The notes beneath the pieces were generated by a model that worked only from the letters and a program-made list of their open reading frames with translations, ran no database searches and was not told the origin of the DNA. Shown piece after piece: positions 44,556 through 53,750 of a stretch of DNA of 64,000 bases. The DNA lies in IMG/VR virus record IMGVR_UViG_3300030099_006944, positions 123,356 through 187,355 of that record. One strand, written 5' to 3'. Source of the stretch: a virus. Positions within the stretch are counted from its first letter, which is position 1; each line of letters begins with the position of its first letter. The translations under genes were made by a program, and so were the position numbers.

Positions 44556-46364
44556 ATGAAACAGAGCGATTTAGATAAATTGATTGAGCAGGTGATTGCG
44601 GAGAAGACAGTTATTGACTTAACAAATCGCTTGCCAAGTAGCGGTGTCGATAATGAAGACGAAGACGAAGATGTCAGAAATGCACTTGACTTACCGGATC
44701 GAACAAAAGTAAAAAGACCCGAAAAAACAGGGGATGATGAATATAAATATTCAGCTTCCAGTGTAAATAGAGATATGGGCTTCAATCAGAATACACTCAG
44801 CAAGAAACAAATAAAATATATCGCGGGCTTGAAGGACGACGACGGTGAGCCGGACGGGGCCAAAAGAAAAGGTCATTTCATCACCGATGACGATTTTAAA
44901 ATTCTGTTTTCCAAGACAGACACTGCTGCTGTGGAAGTGGTAAAAACACTCTTTACAAAAGTTTTCAAATTAGATGGAACCGGCGGAATAGGCACCAAAC
45001 CAGAAGAGACGTTGGGCAAATTGATCAATCTTTATATAGGCTCAAAAATGCAAAAAGATCTTGATCCGAATTATCAGCAGTTAAAAGATTGGGTACCCGG
45101 AGAGAGAGTAGATCTGCTAGCACCGGTGGTACAAGCGGCGCTTAAAAAAGTTGGCAAGGTACCCGAGGAATTTGGCTGGGGGATGTTTCCTAATCCTATG
45201 AAGGGTTCGGAAGTCGCTCCGGGAACAAAAGGAGAAGATACTGTTGATAGATTTCAAAAGGTCGGAAGTGAACAAGTTAATTTGGACCCAATGTTGGCTG
45301 GTATTTTTAAAGAATTTGAGGGTGGCTCGATTAATGATCGTTTTAAGCAACTAGAAGAATTCGCTTCGATCTTCAAGGGAGAGACTGATGAAACTTCAAT
45401 CCAAGCCGGTCTGCAAAGTTGGATGTCAAAAAATAAGAAAAATCAATTTCAACTCATGAATTATGCTTACGCTGTGGCAATGATAGCGGATGAATCCAAG
45501 AAACAATCGTCCTCCAATGCAGGTGCTTTCTTAGAAGGTTATTTAAATTATTTTATAGGCGCACCATCCGTTGGTGGCTTGTCTGCTGCAACAGATAATA
45601 TCGCAAAACTACTTAACAGCGGTGCATTAGTGTACACTAGTGCTAAGTTTTATACCGGAGGTACAAAAGTACCACAAGATGGCCTCAACCTTGCCAAAGA
45701 AGCTGAAAATCAAAGTGTTTATTACATCATAGCCTCGAAACAAGCTGAGACTGGTGGTGATGTAAAGGGAGCATCATATGATAAAATAGATTTCCACATG
45801 GTGGAGATTATTTCCAACAACAAGGCCACAAATAAAAAAAACCCATGGGGATTATCGCAAGTTAATTTAGGTCCGAACCTCAGACAACAAGGAACTCCGC
45901 TGGTTGTTAGAAAAGGCACCGGAAGTAACGAATCAAAAGCTATCATAAGTTATAAAAATAAAGATCCCATGTTTACAATTTATACACTGCCGGCAAAACT
46001 AGCAGGTGAAATAATCGAAAACAAACAAACATTTGATAATATTTTTATAAAATCAGTCAGAAATTCTACCGAAGAGGCTCTTGCGGTCGTTAAGTCTATT
46101 TCGGCAAATTTAAGTAGTATCCAAGAATTAGATTATAAAACTAAAAAATTATCCGGAGATGTTGGAACAAATTCAGCCGGTCAGGCCTTACTAAAAAACA
46201 AAACTGCGATTATGGCTCGCTTCGCTCAACTACAAGGTGATCTTAAAAGCGGCTATGATACTATTTTTGCGGCAGTCGAAGAAGACACCGGTCCGGTAAG
46301 TGAGTCTAATTTGTCGCTAGACAGCCTAATCGAAGCAATTATTAAACAAAAGTTGCTAAAATAA
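44556..46364 (+). CDS. Hypothetical 602-aa protein, possible virion-packaged
   Basis: N-terminal DLDKLIEQVIAE motif, similar C-terminal SLIEAII. Confidence 0.6.
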   Translation: MKQSDLDKLIEQVIAEKTVIDLTNRLPSSGVDNEDEDEDVRNALDLPDRTKVKRPEKTGDDEYKYSASSVNRDMGFNQNTLSKKQIKYIAGLKDDDGEPDGAKRKGHFITDDDFKILFSKTDTAAVEVVKTLFTKVFKLDGTGGIGTKPEETLGKLINLYIGSKMQKDLDPNYQQLKDWVPGERVDLLAPVVQAALKKVGKVPEEFGWGMFPNPMKGSEVAPGTKGEDTVDRFQKVGSEQVNLDPMLAGIFKEFEGGSINDRFKQLEEFASIFKGETDETSIQAGLQSWMSKNKKNQFQLMNYAYAVAMIADESKKQSSSNAGAFLEGYLNYFIGAPSVGGLSAATDNIAKLLNSGALVYTSAKFYTGGTKVPQDGLNLAKEAENQSVYYIIASKQAETGGDVKGASYDKIDFHMVEIISNNKATNKKNPWGLSQVNLGPNLRQQGTPLVVRKGTGSNESKAIISYKNKDPMFTIYTLPAKLAGEIIENKQTFDNIFIKSVRNSTEEALAVVKSISANLSSIQELDYKTKKLSGDVGTNSAGQALLKNKTAIMARFAQLQGDLKSGYDTIFAAVEEDTGPVSESNLSLDSLIEAIIKQKLLK

Positions 46365-46365
46365 C

Positions 46366-46394
46366 TTGACAAACCTCTCACAAGAGGTTATATT
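46366..46394 (+). promoter_or_regulatory. Sigma70-type promoter with palindromic spacer
   Basis: TTGACA-17-TATATT; AACCTCT-CACA-AGAGGTT at 46372-46389. Confidence 0.85.
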
Positions 46395-46418
46395 ATAAAT
46401 ATAATATTCGGAGGTAGA

Positions 46419-47987
46419 ATGAAATATTATAATCAAGGGTTTGCCCTCAACCAAAAAATTATTGAGGGTGTAGACATCCTTGCTAATAATGTTGCAACCA
46501 CTCTCGGTCCACGAGGGAGGAATGTAGCATTGTATCACAAGGAACAAAATGTACCAGTTATTACCAAGGATGGTGTAACGGTAGCAAAATTTATTACACT
46601 TGAAGACCCGTTCCAAAATCTTGGAGCTCAGGTCATCAAACAAGCAGCAGAGCGATCTGTTGCTGACGCTGGTGACGGTACCACTACGGCAACCGTTCTA
46701 GCCAGAGCAATCCTTAAAGGATCGCAACGTTATTTGTCATCGGGTGTTTCCCCTGTGGAACTCAAACGAGGCATTGACAAGGCAGTTACGGCTGTCACAG
46801 AACGTCTTTCTGATATGTCTAGACCAATTCAGACTGAGGAAGACATTCGCCATATTGCTACGATCTCAGCAAACAATGATAGATCCATCGGTACTCTAAT
46901 CGCGACAGCAGTCGACAGAGCAGGTAAAGATGGGTCGGTCTTAGTCGAAGAGGCTCGTAGTCTTACTACCTCCCTTGACTTGATCGAAGGGTTCAGATTT
47001 GATTCTGGGTATGTTTCTAATACGTTTATTAATAACCAAAGAACAGGCACAGTTGATTACGAGAACCCTTTGATTCTTGTCACTGATGAGAAGGTAGAAC
47101 ACGTTGAGCAGATCATGCCAACGCTTGAAGTTTGTGCTAGGGACAATCGTCCTTTGCTACTTATTTCAAATGATATTGAAGGTCAAGCACTAGCTGCTTT
47201 GATAGCCAATGCTGTACGTGGTACAATGAAAGTTTCAGCAGTCAAGGCACCCAAGTATGGCGAGGAAAGACGGAGTATCATGAAAGATCTTTGTGCTTCT
47301 ATTGGAGCTACTTTTATTACGAGAGAACAAGGTTTAACTCTGAAAGATGTTAAATTGACTCACTTCGGTCAATGTAAAAAAATCAGTCTTACCAAAGGTT
47401 GGACAACTATCGTTGGCGGTAAAGGAAACCCAGAGGACGTTGAAACTCGTATTGAAGCTGTGAAGAATGAAATCCAACAGACAGATAACCTTTCTGAGTG
47501 TGAAAGATTACAGGAGCGGATCACAAGACTTGCTTCCGGTGTTGCTGTCATTAAAGTCGGAGCAGCCACTGAGGTTGAAATGCTAGAAAAGAAACATCGG
47601 ATTGATGATGCTTTGGAAGCAGTAAGATCAGCCCAAGAAGAAGGTATCATTCCGGGCGGTGGTGTAGCGCTCCTCAGAGCCGCCACAGAGCTTTTTGTTG
47701 AAACAGAAAATGAAGAACAGTCCCTAGGTGCACAAGTGGTTTTACAAGCCTGTGAGGCTCCTCTAAGACAGATGGCGATTAATGCTGGTGAGTCTGAGGA
47801 TATCGTAATACAAAATGTTAAGAGCGAGACTGGTGATACCGGTTATGATTTTCTTAATAGGGTAATGGTAAGTACTTATGAAAAAGGTATTATCGACCCA
47901 TGTAAGGTTACAAAGTGCGCTTTGCAGAACGCTGCGAGCGCTGCTGGAACTTTACTTACAACATCGCATGCGATTGTTGATTGTTGA
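46419..47987 (+). CDS. groEL: Chaperonin GroEL
   Basis: TLGPRGRNV, ITKDGVTVA, GDGTTTATVLA, GVAVIKVGA, GIIPGGG, GIIDP; lacks GGM tail. Confidence 0.96.
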   Translation: MKYYNQGFALNQKIIEGVDILANNVATTLGPRGRNVALYHKEQNVPVITKDGVTVAKFITLEDPFQNLGAQVIKQAAERSVADAGDGTTTATVLARAILKGSQRYLSSGVSPVELKRGIDKAVTAVTERLSDMSRPIQTEEDIRHIATISANNDRSIGTLIATAVDRAGKDGSVLVEEARSLTTSLDLIEGFRFDSGYVSNTFINNQRTGTVDYENPLILVTDEKVEHVEQIMPTLEVCARDNRPLLLISNDIEGQALAALIANAVRGTMKVSAVKAPKYGEERRSIMKDLCASIGATFITREQGLTLKDVKLTHFGQCKKISLTKGWTTIVGGKGNPEDVETRIEAVKNEIQQTDNLSECERLQERITRLASGVAVIKVGAATEVEMLEKKHRIDDALEAVRSAQEEGIIPGGGVALLRAATELFVETENEEQSLGAQVVLQACEAPLRQMAINAGESEDIVIQNVKSETGDTGYDFLNRVMVSTYEKGIIDPCKVTKCALQNAASAAGTLLTTSHAIVDC

Positions 47988-48019
47988 GACTAATTAGGCA
48001 GTACGGAGGATCATGAAAC

Positions 48020-48280
48020 ATGAGTGAAAACGAGCATCAAGATTTAAAAGACGCAATCGTAGACTTAGCACATCAGATTCAGCGAATGGCTGACAAGCAA
48101 GATGAAATGATTGACGATGTAAAAAAAATCAAGGAAGCAATTTATAATCCGGATCAAGGATTATATGCCAGAATTCGTGATCTTGAACAGTGGCAGCAAG
48201 GAGTGGCAAAATTTATTTGGACTGTCGGAATTGCTGTCACGGGCCTAATTATACAAGCAATATATATTAATATGTTTTAA
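48020..48280 (+). CDS. Coiled-coil protein with C-terminal TM (holin-like)
   Basis: GLYARIRDLE then hydrophobic C-terminus. Confidence 0.5.
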   Translation: MSENEHQDLKDAIVDLAHQIQRMADKQDEMIDDVKKIKEAIYNPDQGLYARIRDLEQWQQGVAKFIWTVGIAVTGLIIQAIYINMF

Positions 48281-48295
48281 TTACTTGGAGGTAAC

Positions 48296-48640
48296 ATGAG
48301 AGTTAGAATCTCTTACGGTGTGGAAATAGAAAATGTCCCATCAACAGTTTCTGATCTGCTCTGGGACTCAATAGAGTCACTAGAAAAGACAGTAGAAAGT
48401 TTAAAAAAGGTCATAGAAGACCTAGAAGATATCGAACGCAACGGAGAAAGGGTTTCCGAATCCATTGATAAATGCCGGCAAGACTTATCAAAAATAGACC
48501 TAACAGCGTCCGATTGCCAATCAATCATAACAGGATTGGTTAATTATTACAACGGAGAAGAAGATGTATCAGATAGGAGACCTGTTGTGGATCCCGGCGG
48601 GAACATTGCTAATGAGACCACGAGTACTGGGGAGGGATGA
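48296..48640 (+). CDS. Hypothetical helical protein
   Basis: GGAGG SD, 114 aa. Confidence 0.6.
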   Translation: MRVRISYGVEIENVPSTVSDLLWDSIESLEKTVESLKKVIEDLEDIERNGERVSESIDKCRQDLSKIDLTASDCQSIITGLVNYYNGEEDVSDRRPVVDPGGNIANETTSTGEG

Positions 48641-48800
48641 TCTCTTTTCCAATTTCAAAAAGACTGACCACCCATGCTTAGGATTGTTCATTGAGCATGT
48701 AGGTGGTGACTACTGTAATATTAATGTCGAAGGACAAGAATGGTCAGTGCAAACTAGACAAATTAGACACAACGTATCATTGGAGGATTGCTATGGTTAA
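48564..48800 (+). CDS. Small SH3-like protein
   Basis: YQIGDLLW...GLFI...W. Confidence 0.55.
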   Translation: MYQIGDLLWIPAGTLLMRPRVLGRDDLFSNFKKTDHPCLGLFIEHVGGDYCNINVEGQEWSVQTRQIRHNVSLEDCYG

Positions 48801-49068
48801 ATTAATAGAAATAAAAAAATCAATAAGAGGAAGCTCGACAGCACTGAGTGAACTGTACGTGAACCCTGATCATATTGTATCAGTGTCGGAAGATATAATC
48901 GCTAATGAAACGTTGCTTCATGAAGCCAAGAACCTAGGTTTGGTTGAGGGAGTGAGGTTTAGTAAGGTTGTTATCTCCGAAGGTAATCACCCTAGGACAT
49001 TAACAATTGTTGGTTCACCAACAGAAATATATAATAAAATCCGAAAAAGACAAGTTTTGAGAGGCTAA
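48793..49068 (+). CDS. FlbD-like small protein
   Basis: YVNPDHIVSV...IVGSPTEI; GGAGG SD before ATG 48793. Confidence 0.45.
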   Translation: MVKLIEIKKSIRGSSTALSELYVNPDHIVSVSEDIIANETLLHEAKNLGLVEGVRFSKVVISEGNHPRTLTIVGSPTEIYNKIRKRQVLRG

Positions 49069-49353
49069 ATGATATATTATAAAATTATTTGTTGGAACGA
49101 GTGTCCCTTCTGCCTTAAGGCAAAAATGGAAATGATAGAGAGAAAACTGCCATTCGAATACTGCTCTGTGGATCATAGCAACAGAATGTTAGATTATTAT
49201 AAATCTATTTATAAACATGGGACTGTACCTATGATTGTAAAAATCAGTGAAACAGGCGAAGAAAAATTTATTGGAGGGTATACCGATCTTATCAAGTACT
49301 TCACCAAAAAAGATATTGAAGCAGAAATTTGCGCTACTGGTCGAGAGGGTTGA
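49069..49353 (+). CDS. Glutaredoxin
   Basis: CPFC, TVP, FIGGYTDL. Confidence 0.9.
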   Translation: MIYYKIICWNECPFCLKAKMEMIERKLPFEYCSVDHSNRMLDYYKSIYKHGTVPMIVKISETGEEKFIGGYTDLIKYFTKKDIEAEICATGREG

Positions 49354-49699
49354 ATATGACTTCGAGGTTAGTGTGGAATTTATAAACGGGCTTAATTCAT
49401 ATTGGGTACCAACTCCGAAAGATGAAATTGAAGAACTTGGAATAACTGGGATAATTGACATTGGAGATGACCAATCAGATTTTGAAAAACTTGTATCTTT
49501 GGTGCACGAGATTGGACATGTTCTTTTTAATGATAGCAACAAGTTAAAAGAGCATAGGAGAATTTTACTATTTGAAGAGGCGCTAGCATGGCATATGGGA
49601 TATGACTATGCATTGTCTGTGGGAGTAGAAATAAATTTAAAAGAATACTCAGAGCGAGTAGAAAAAGCATTGCAATTATATATAAAGGAGTCGAAATGA
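49316..49699 (+). CDS. HExxH metallopeptidase (ImmA/IrrE-like)
   Basis: LVHEIGH...EEALAW; start uncertain (TTG 49316). Confidence 0.55.
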   Translation: MKQKFALLVERVEYDFEVSVEFINGLNSYWVPTPKDEIEELGITGIIDIGDDQSDFEKLVSLVHEIGHVLFNDSNKLKEHRRILLFEEALAWHMGYDYALSVGVEINLKEYSERVEKALQLYIKESK

Positions 49700-50043
49700 T
49701 TGTTAATAAACCATGGGGACACGAGAATATCTGGGCCTTAACTGAAAAGTATGTTGGAAAAATACTTTACATAAAAAAAGATAAGAGGCTATCGTTACAG
49801 TTTCATAAAGTTAAAGAGGAGACAATAATGGTCTTAGAGGGAGTGATGGAGTTGGTTTTAGAAGAAGGATCACGAAGGGAAGAAAATAGAATCATAATGC
49901 ATCCCGGCGATACATATCACATTTCACCGATGACAGTACATCGGTTCTGTGCCTCCCAAGGCACTGATGTTAAGTTGGTCGAAGTTTCAACAACAGAGAT
50001 ACATGACGTAGTTCGTCTTGATGACGATCATGGGAGATCGTAA
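49696..50043 (+). CDS. Cupin (mannose-6-phosphate isomerase C-terminal-like)
   Basis: KPWG, LSLQFH..KEET, VHRF. Confidence 0.85.
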   Translation: MIVNKPWGHENIWALTEKYVGKILYIKKDKRLSLQFHKVKEETIMVLEGVMELVLEEGSRREENRIIMHPGDTYHISPMTVHRFCASQGTDVKLVEVSTTEIHDVVRLDDDHGRS

Positions 50044-50612
50044 TGTTTTGGTTATTATTTGGAGCACTGTTGACACACGCTGAACAGCCAGAGATAAAAA
50101 AGGACATATATGTAGCTCCTCCAACTATTCATGATGAAGCTCTGAGGGAGTTTCAACCTTACCTTAATAGTCTTTTGGTATCTTCTGCTCAATCAAACAA
50201 ACATTGGGTTCGGAGGACACACAAGGCTAAAAAAGTTAATATCCATGATAAACACACAATCGAATCCGTTATGGATACTGTTTGTGATTATGATAAACCA
50301 CTGAAATGTGGATCAGAAAATATGCACTGGGTGCTGGTTACTGATATATTTGTTACACCAAACTTTGCAACCGTTGTTGTAAAGATGTACGACGAAAATA
50401 CAGAACTCATAGCTAGTGCTTCAAAATCCTCTTATTCTGTTGAGAAGTGCAAAGACCAGACGACAGTCACAACTATAAAGAGTCCGGGTCGACCAGCAAC
50501 AGAAATTACAGAAAAAAAACCTGACTTGTGCACAATTGTCAATCCGAAAATTTTATCGAAAGATTTAAAACAAGTGATCACAATACTGTTTGCGAGTATA
50601 CATCCTGCCTGA
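50043..50612 (+). CDS. Hypothetical secreted protein
   Basis: Short hydrophobic signal MFWLLFGALLTHA. Confidence 0.55.
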   Translation: MFWLLFGALLTHAEQPEIKKDIYVAPPTIHDEALREFQPYLNSLLVSSAQSNKHWVRRTHKAKKVNIHDKHTIESVMDTVCDYDKPLKCGSENMHWVLVTDIFVTPNFATVVVKMYDENTELIASASKSSYSVEKCKDQTTVTTIKSPGRPATEITEKKPDLCTIVNPKILSKDLKQVITILFASIHPA

Positions 50613-50650
50613 ACACCCAGTAATCCCGGGGCCTGTTCAGGTTTTTTGTT
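50608..50650 (+). terminator. Intrinsic terminator
   Basis: CCTGAACA/TGTTCAGG stem then T-run. Confidence 0.55.
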
Positions 50651-50684
50651 TTTTGATCCCTAGTTAATATAGGGGGGGACAAAA

Positions 50685-51398
50685 ATGATTAAAGGATTAT
50701 TATTTTTTATGTTAATGTGCACACCTCCGGCCAATGCACATTTTAATATTGATTTAAGGCCGGAATATGACGATAGTTACACAGCGGAATTGGACCCTTA
50801 TGCTCCTCGGGGTCTTAAAGTGTCGTACCTTTCATCCGTAGCAATCCAGATTCTAGAAGATGGGATGCCAGTTGGCTCAGGGTCTGGTAATTATTTTAAA
50901 TTAGGAAAGGATAGGTTCATCCTGACAGCGGCTCATGTTGTTGAGGGACAAGACGAAATTTTAATAGTTGAAAAAAGTTTCTCCGTGACTGTCGCGAAGA
51001 TTTTGTATGTAGATTCAAACTATGATATAGCCGTACTGATTCCGGAAGAGAGGCTTCGTTATACTAAGCCCATCCCATTCCGCAGAGACATAAACAATCA
51101 AATGGGAGAAAAAGTTTATCATTGTGGGCACCCTGCTCGTGAGGGCTGGCACATATCAGAAGGTATTTTGACCGGCACACATCAAGATTCGTTACTAGTT
51201 AATACGTTCGCTTGGCCCGGCTCATCTGGTTCGGTTCTTTTTGACGAATCAGGAAGAGTTCTCGGGATTATCTCTGCTCTTAGAGTAGATGGTCCATTTG
51301 GAATTCCTGATCTAGTTGAGCACATTGTGTTAGCTGGGAATATAAAAATGCTAGATCAGAAAACCTTAAAGGAATTGTTAAAGGATGCCAGATTTTAA
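50685..51398 (+). CDS. Trypsin-like serine protease with signal peptide
   Basis: LTAAHVV, YDIAVL, PGSSGS triad motifs. Confidence 0.88.
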   Translation: MIKGLLFFMLMCTPPANAHFNIDLRPEYDDSYTAELDPYAPRGLKVSYLSSVAIQILEDGMPVGSGSGNYFKLGKDRFILTAAHVVEGQDEILIVEKSFSVTVAKILYVDSNYDIAVLIPEERLRYTKPIPFRRDINNQMGEKVYHCGHPAREGWHISEGILTGTHQDSLLVNTFAWPGSSGSVLFDESGRVLGIISALRVDGPFGIPDLVEHIVLAGNIKMLDQKTLKELLKDARF

Positions 51399-51633
51399 AA
51401 ACAATATTGCCAAAACTTTTCCAATTGGAACATTAATAAAAGATGGTGAAAAGATAGGGATAATATATAGAGAAATAAAATCTGGTACTTGGACAGATCA
51501 ACCTCTGTTCAATTGGAGAGTTAATTATGAAATATTTTATGACGATGGGACAGTGTGTGTGATGGGATCGGACACAATAGAAAGACTTATCGATGCTGGA
51601 AAAATCGAACTAATTCAGGAGGATAAAGACTAA
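51385..51633 (+). CDS. Small SH3-like protein
   Basis: FPIGTLI...IGII. Confidence 0.55.
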   Translation: MPDFKNNIAKTFPIGTLIKDGEKIGIIYREIKSGTWTDQPLFNWRVNYEIFYDDGTVCVMGSDTIERLIDAGKIELIQEDKD

Positions 51634-51884
51634 TGCCCTTCTACTCTCTTGGGGACCTACTACCCTACTACCCTACTCCCCCCTTCCTCGAAATTGATCA
51701 CATAATCATAGCGTTGTGGGATCGACACTTAGAGCTTGAATTAGCTTCTCCCTTCGATAAGGTACGCACTGAACAACACTTGGAAGTCACTGCTGCTGTC
51801 ATTGAGTTTTGGGAAGAAAAACTAGAAGAGATTAATAACTATGAAGTGCAGCAAAGGCGATCTGATCGCGATAAGAACGATTGA
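51633..51884 (+). CDS. Hypothetical protein
   Basis: TAATG coupling, 83 aa. Confidence 0.5.
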   Translation: MPFYSLGDLLPYYPTPPFLEIDHIIIALWDRHLELELASPFDKVRTEQHLEVTAAVIEFWEEKLEEINNYEVQQRRSDRDKND

Positions 51885-52155
51885 AGACCGTAGGGTTTCT
51901 GCTGTTGTGGTGTCCTTATACAACCGCGGACAGTTCCTGTATTGTTATATCTTGGAAACTGACACGTATCGCTTGGTTTATGAAGGAGAGGTTGAGTTTG
52001 TGATCACAAATGATTTCGGAACAGACATGAAAATGGATCATGATATATATAATTTAGACTATTCCTTCTATGAAGCATGCTCGGAGCTATTCGCTTACTC
52101 TCCTTTTTACGGATCTTTGCTTGACGAGGAAGATCTTAGTGAAGAAGACGAATAG
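51841..52155 (+). CDS. Small SH3-like protein with acidic tail
   Basis: SKGDLI...AVVV. Confidence 0.55.
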   Translation: MKCSKGDLIAIRTIEDRRVSAVVVSLYNRGQFLYCYILETDTYRLVYEGEVEFVITNDFGTDMKMDHDIYNLDYSFYEACSELFAYSPFYGSLLDEEDLSEEDE

Positions 52156-52517
52156 TGTCAAAAAAATGTCAAATGTTCGTCAAATGTCAAGTGTCAAAAA
52201 GTTGTCAAATTTCTCGATTTGTCCCATAGTTCGGGCTTTGTAGAGATCTCTTGACATTTTTTTGACAAAAAACTTTACATAACTATACACTTCGCTGTAA
52301 AAAAACTTTACATAACTCCAAAAAACTTAACATAACTCGTAAAAAACTTTACATAACTATGGAGTTGCTGTAAAAATAAAATCACGGAAAACTCCCATGA
52401 TATGGTAATATAACACGTTTCCACACATTTGTCAAACATTTTCTTGACATTCTCTTGACAAAAAACTTTACATAACTATACCAATATGTAAAGGAAATGC
52501 AAAAACTTTACATAACT
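52156..52517. repeat. Non-coding repeat cluster (iteron-like 17-mers and TGTCAA/TTGACA repeats)
   Basis: AAAAACTT(T/A)ACATAACT at 52268, 52301, 52321, 52342, 52461, 52501; TGTCAA/TTGACA pairs at 11-bp period. Confidence 0.9.
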
Positions 52518-52556
52518 ATACACATGCGCGATACCTTTTATTACCACATGCGAGGC

Positions 52557-52620
52557 GGTCAAAAAATGTCCGAAAAAGGAACAGAAAAGATTTGACAACT
52601 GAACCACAACGGGATACAAT
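52557..52620 (+). promoter_or_regulatory. Early-type promoter P0 with displaced palindrome
   Basis: GGTC-N7-GTCC 52557-52571; TTGACA-17-TACAAT. Confidence 0.8.
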
Positions 52621-52650
52621 ATAGTATAACCCTAAAATCAGGAGGACAAA

Positions 52651-52896
52651 ATGATAGAAGGATTATTGTACAGTTGCCGCTGGCGAACGAACCAGTGGAA
52701 CTATGATAACAACTCATGGGATCGTGGTTGGGATATGCTTATATTTATAGGAGTAGAGACAATCAATCGTGATGATGGAGTTGTGATAAATAACTATCGT
52801 TTCCACGATATAATCAATAACAAAAGCATCCTGATGGACAAAGGTCTTATCAGGCATTGCAAAGAAATCAAAGGAGATAGCCATGAGTGCGATTAA
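52651..52896 (+). CDS. Hypothetical protein
   Basis: GGAGG SD, 81 aa. Confidence 0.65.
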   Translation: MIEGLLYSCRWRTNQWNYDNNSWDRGWDMLIFIGVETINRDDGVVINNYRFHDIINNKSILMDKGLIRHCKEIKGDSHECD

Positions 52897-53140
52897 AAAA
52901 ATGAACCAAGAACTTAAAAAAATATTAGGCAGAGAACCAACGATCCACGAACAGATCGACATTCTTATATTGAAATCTATCAAAGATAGAGTACTAGAAC
53001 TCCAGCTAACATACCAGATAAACCCGAATGAAGAGTTGCAAGAGCAATATGAACGAGCAGTGCGCTGCATGCAAGAAGTACAGGATCGAAATCCCGAAAT
53101 CTTCGGAGGGATAGATAGCGATGGAGGTGACTATGAATAA
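52883..53140 (+). CDS. Hypothetical helical protein
   Basis: GGAG SD, 85 aa. Confidence 0.6.
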   Translation: MSAIKKMNQELKKILGREPTIHEQIDILILKSIKDRVLELQLTYQINPNEELQEQYERAVRCMQEVQDRNPEIFGGIDSDGGDYE

Positions 53141-53351
53141 CTTTAAGATCGGAGACTTTGTAAAAAGCGACACGGATGATTTGTTCATCGGGCTTATCGT
53201 AAGTGAAAATTACAAAGGCTTTGAGGTTGCTTGGGACGATGGGGACTTCACCTATGGTGAGGGCAAAGGTACAATGTTTCTCCATGAGATGAAGCCGAGC
53301 GATTGGACACCAGCACTCTACAAAGCATTTTCGGACTTTTTTTGTCCTTGA
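53133..53351 (+). CDS. Small SH3/KOW-like protein
   Basis: FKIGDFV...GLIV...VAW. Confidence 0.65.
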   Translation: MNNFKIGDFVKSDTDDLFIGLIVSENYKGFEVAWDDGDFTYGEGKGTMFLHEMKPSDWTPALYKAFSDFFCP

Positions 53352-53375
53352 TTTATTTTAACAACGTGATACAAT
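53333..53375 (+). promoter_or_regulatory. Early-type promoter P1
   Basis: GGAC-N7-GTCC, TTGATT-16-TACAAT. Confidence 0.8.
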
Positions 53376-53408
53376 TATAGTATAACCCAAACGACCTAGG
53401 AGGTCAAC

Positions 53409-53750
53409 ATGAAAAACATAAAAGAATGTATTCACTGCGGTGAAGAGTTTAGTTTACACTGCCCTAAAAAGCGACGAGTAGGTGGCAAGATCAACGAGTG
53501 TCCCGATTGCGTCGAGGAGCTGGGTCTTGAAATCAAGAGTAGAGTTCGTGCCTTCACTACTGGTGATGGTAAAATGTCTGCTATGCAGATCCTGCGCTTC
53601 GAGAATGAAGATGATGCTGACGCTTACGGCAAGACTTGGGAAGCCAACCGTGGCTGGAACAACCAACGTCGTGGCGGTCTTAACAACGTGGCTTTCTCCA
53701 AGGTTGGAGAGAACATCGGCAACTCTAATCACAAGGGGAAAGCATCATGA
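53409..53750 (+). CDS. Zinc-ribbon protein
   Basis: CIHC...CPDC. Confidence 0.65.
   Translation: MKNIKECIHCGEEFSLHCPKKRRVGGKINECPDCVEELGLEIKSRVRAFTTGDGKMSAMQILRFENEDDADAYGKTWEANRGWNNQRRGGLNNVAFSKVGENIGNSNHKGKAS

Noticed and set aside
46365-46418. CIRCE/HrcA operator before groEL
   Set aside because: No TTAGCACTC-N9-GAGTGCTAA; a different palindrome is present
52156-52517. CRISPR array
   Set aside because: Repeats are 17 nt with gaps of 3-102 nt, no regular unique spacers and no cas genes in the window
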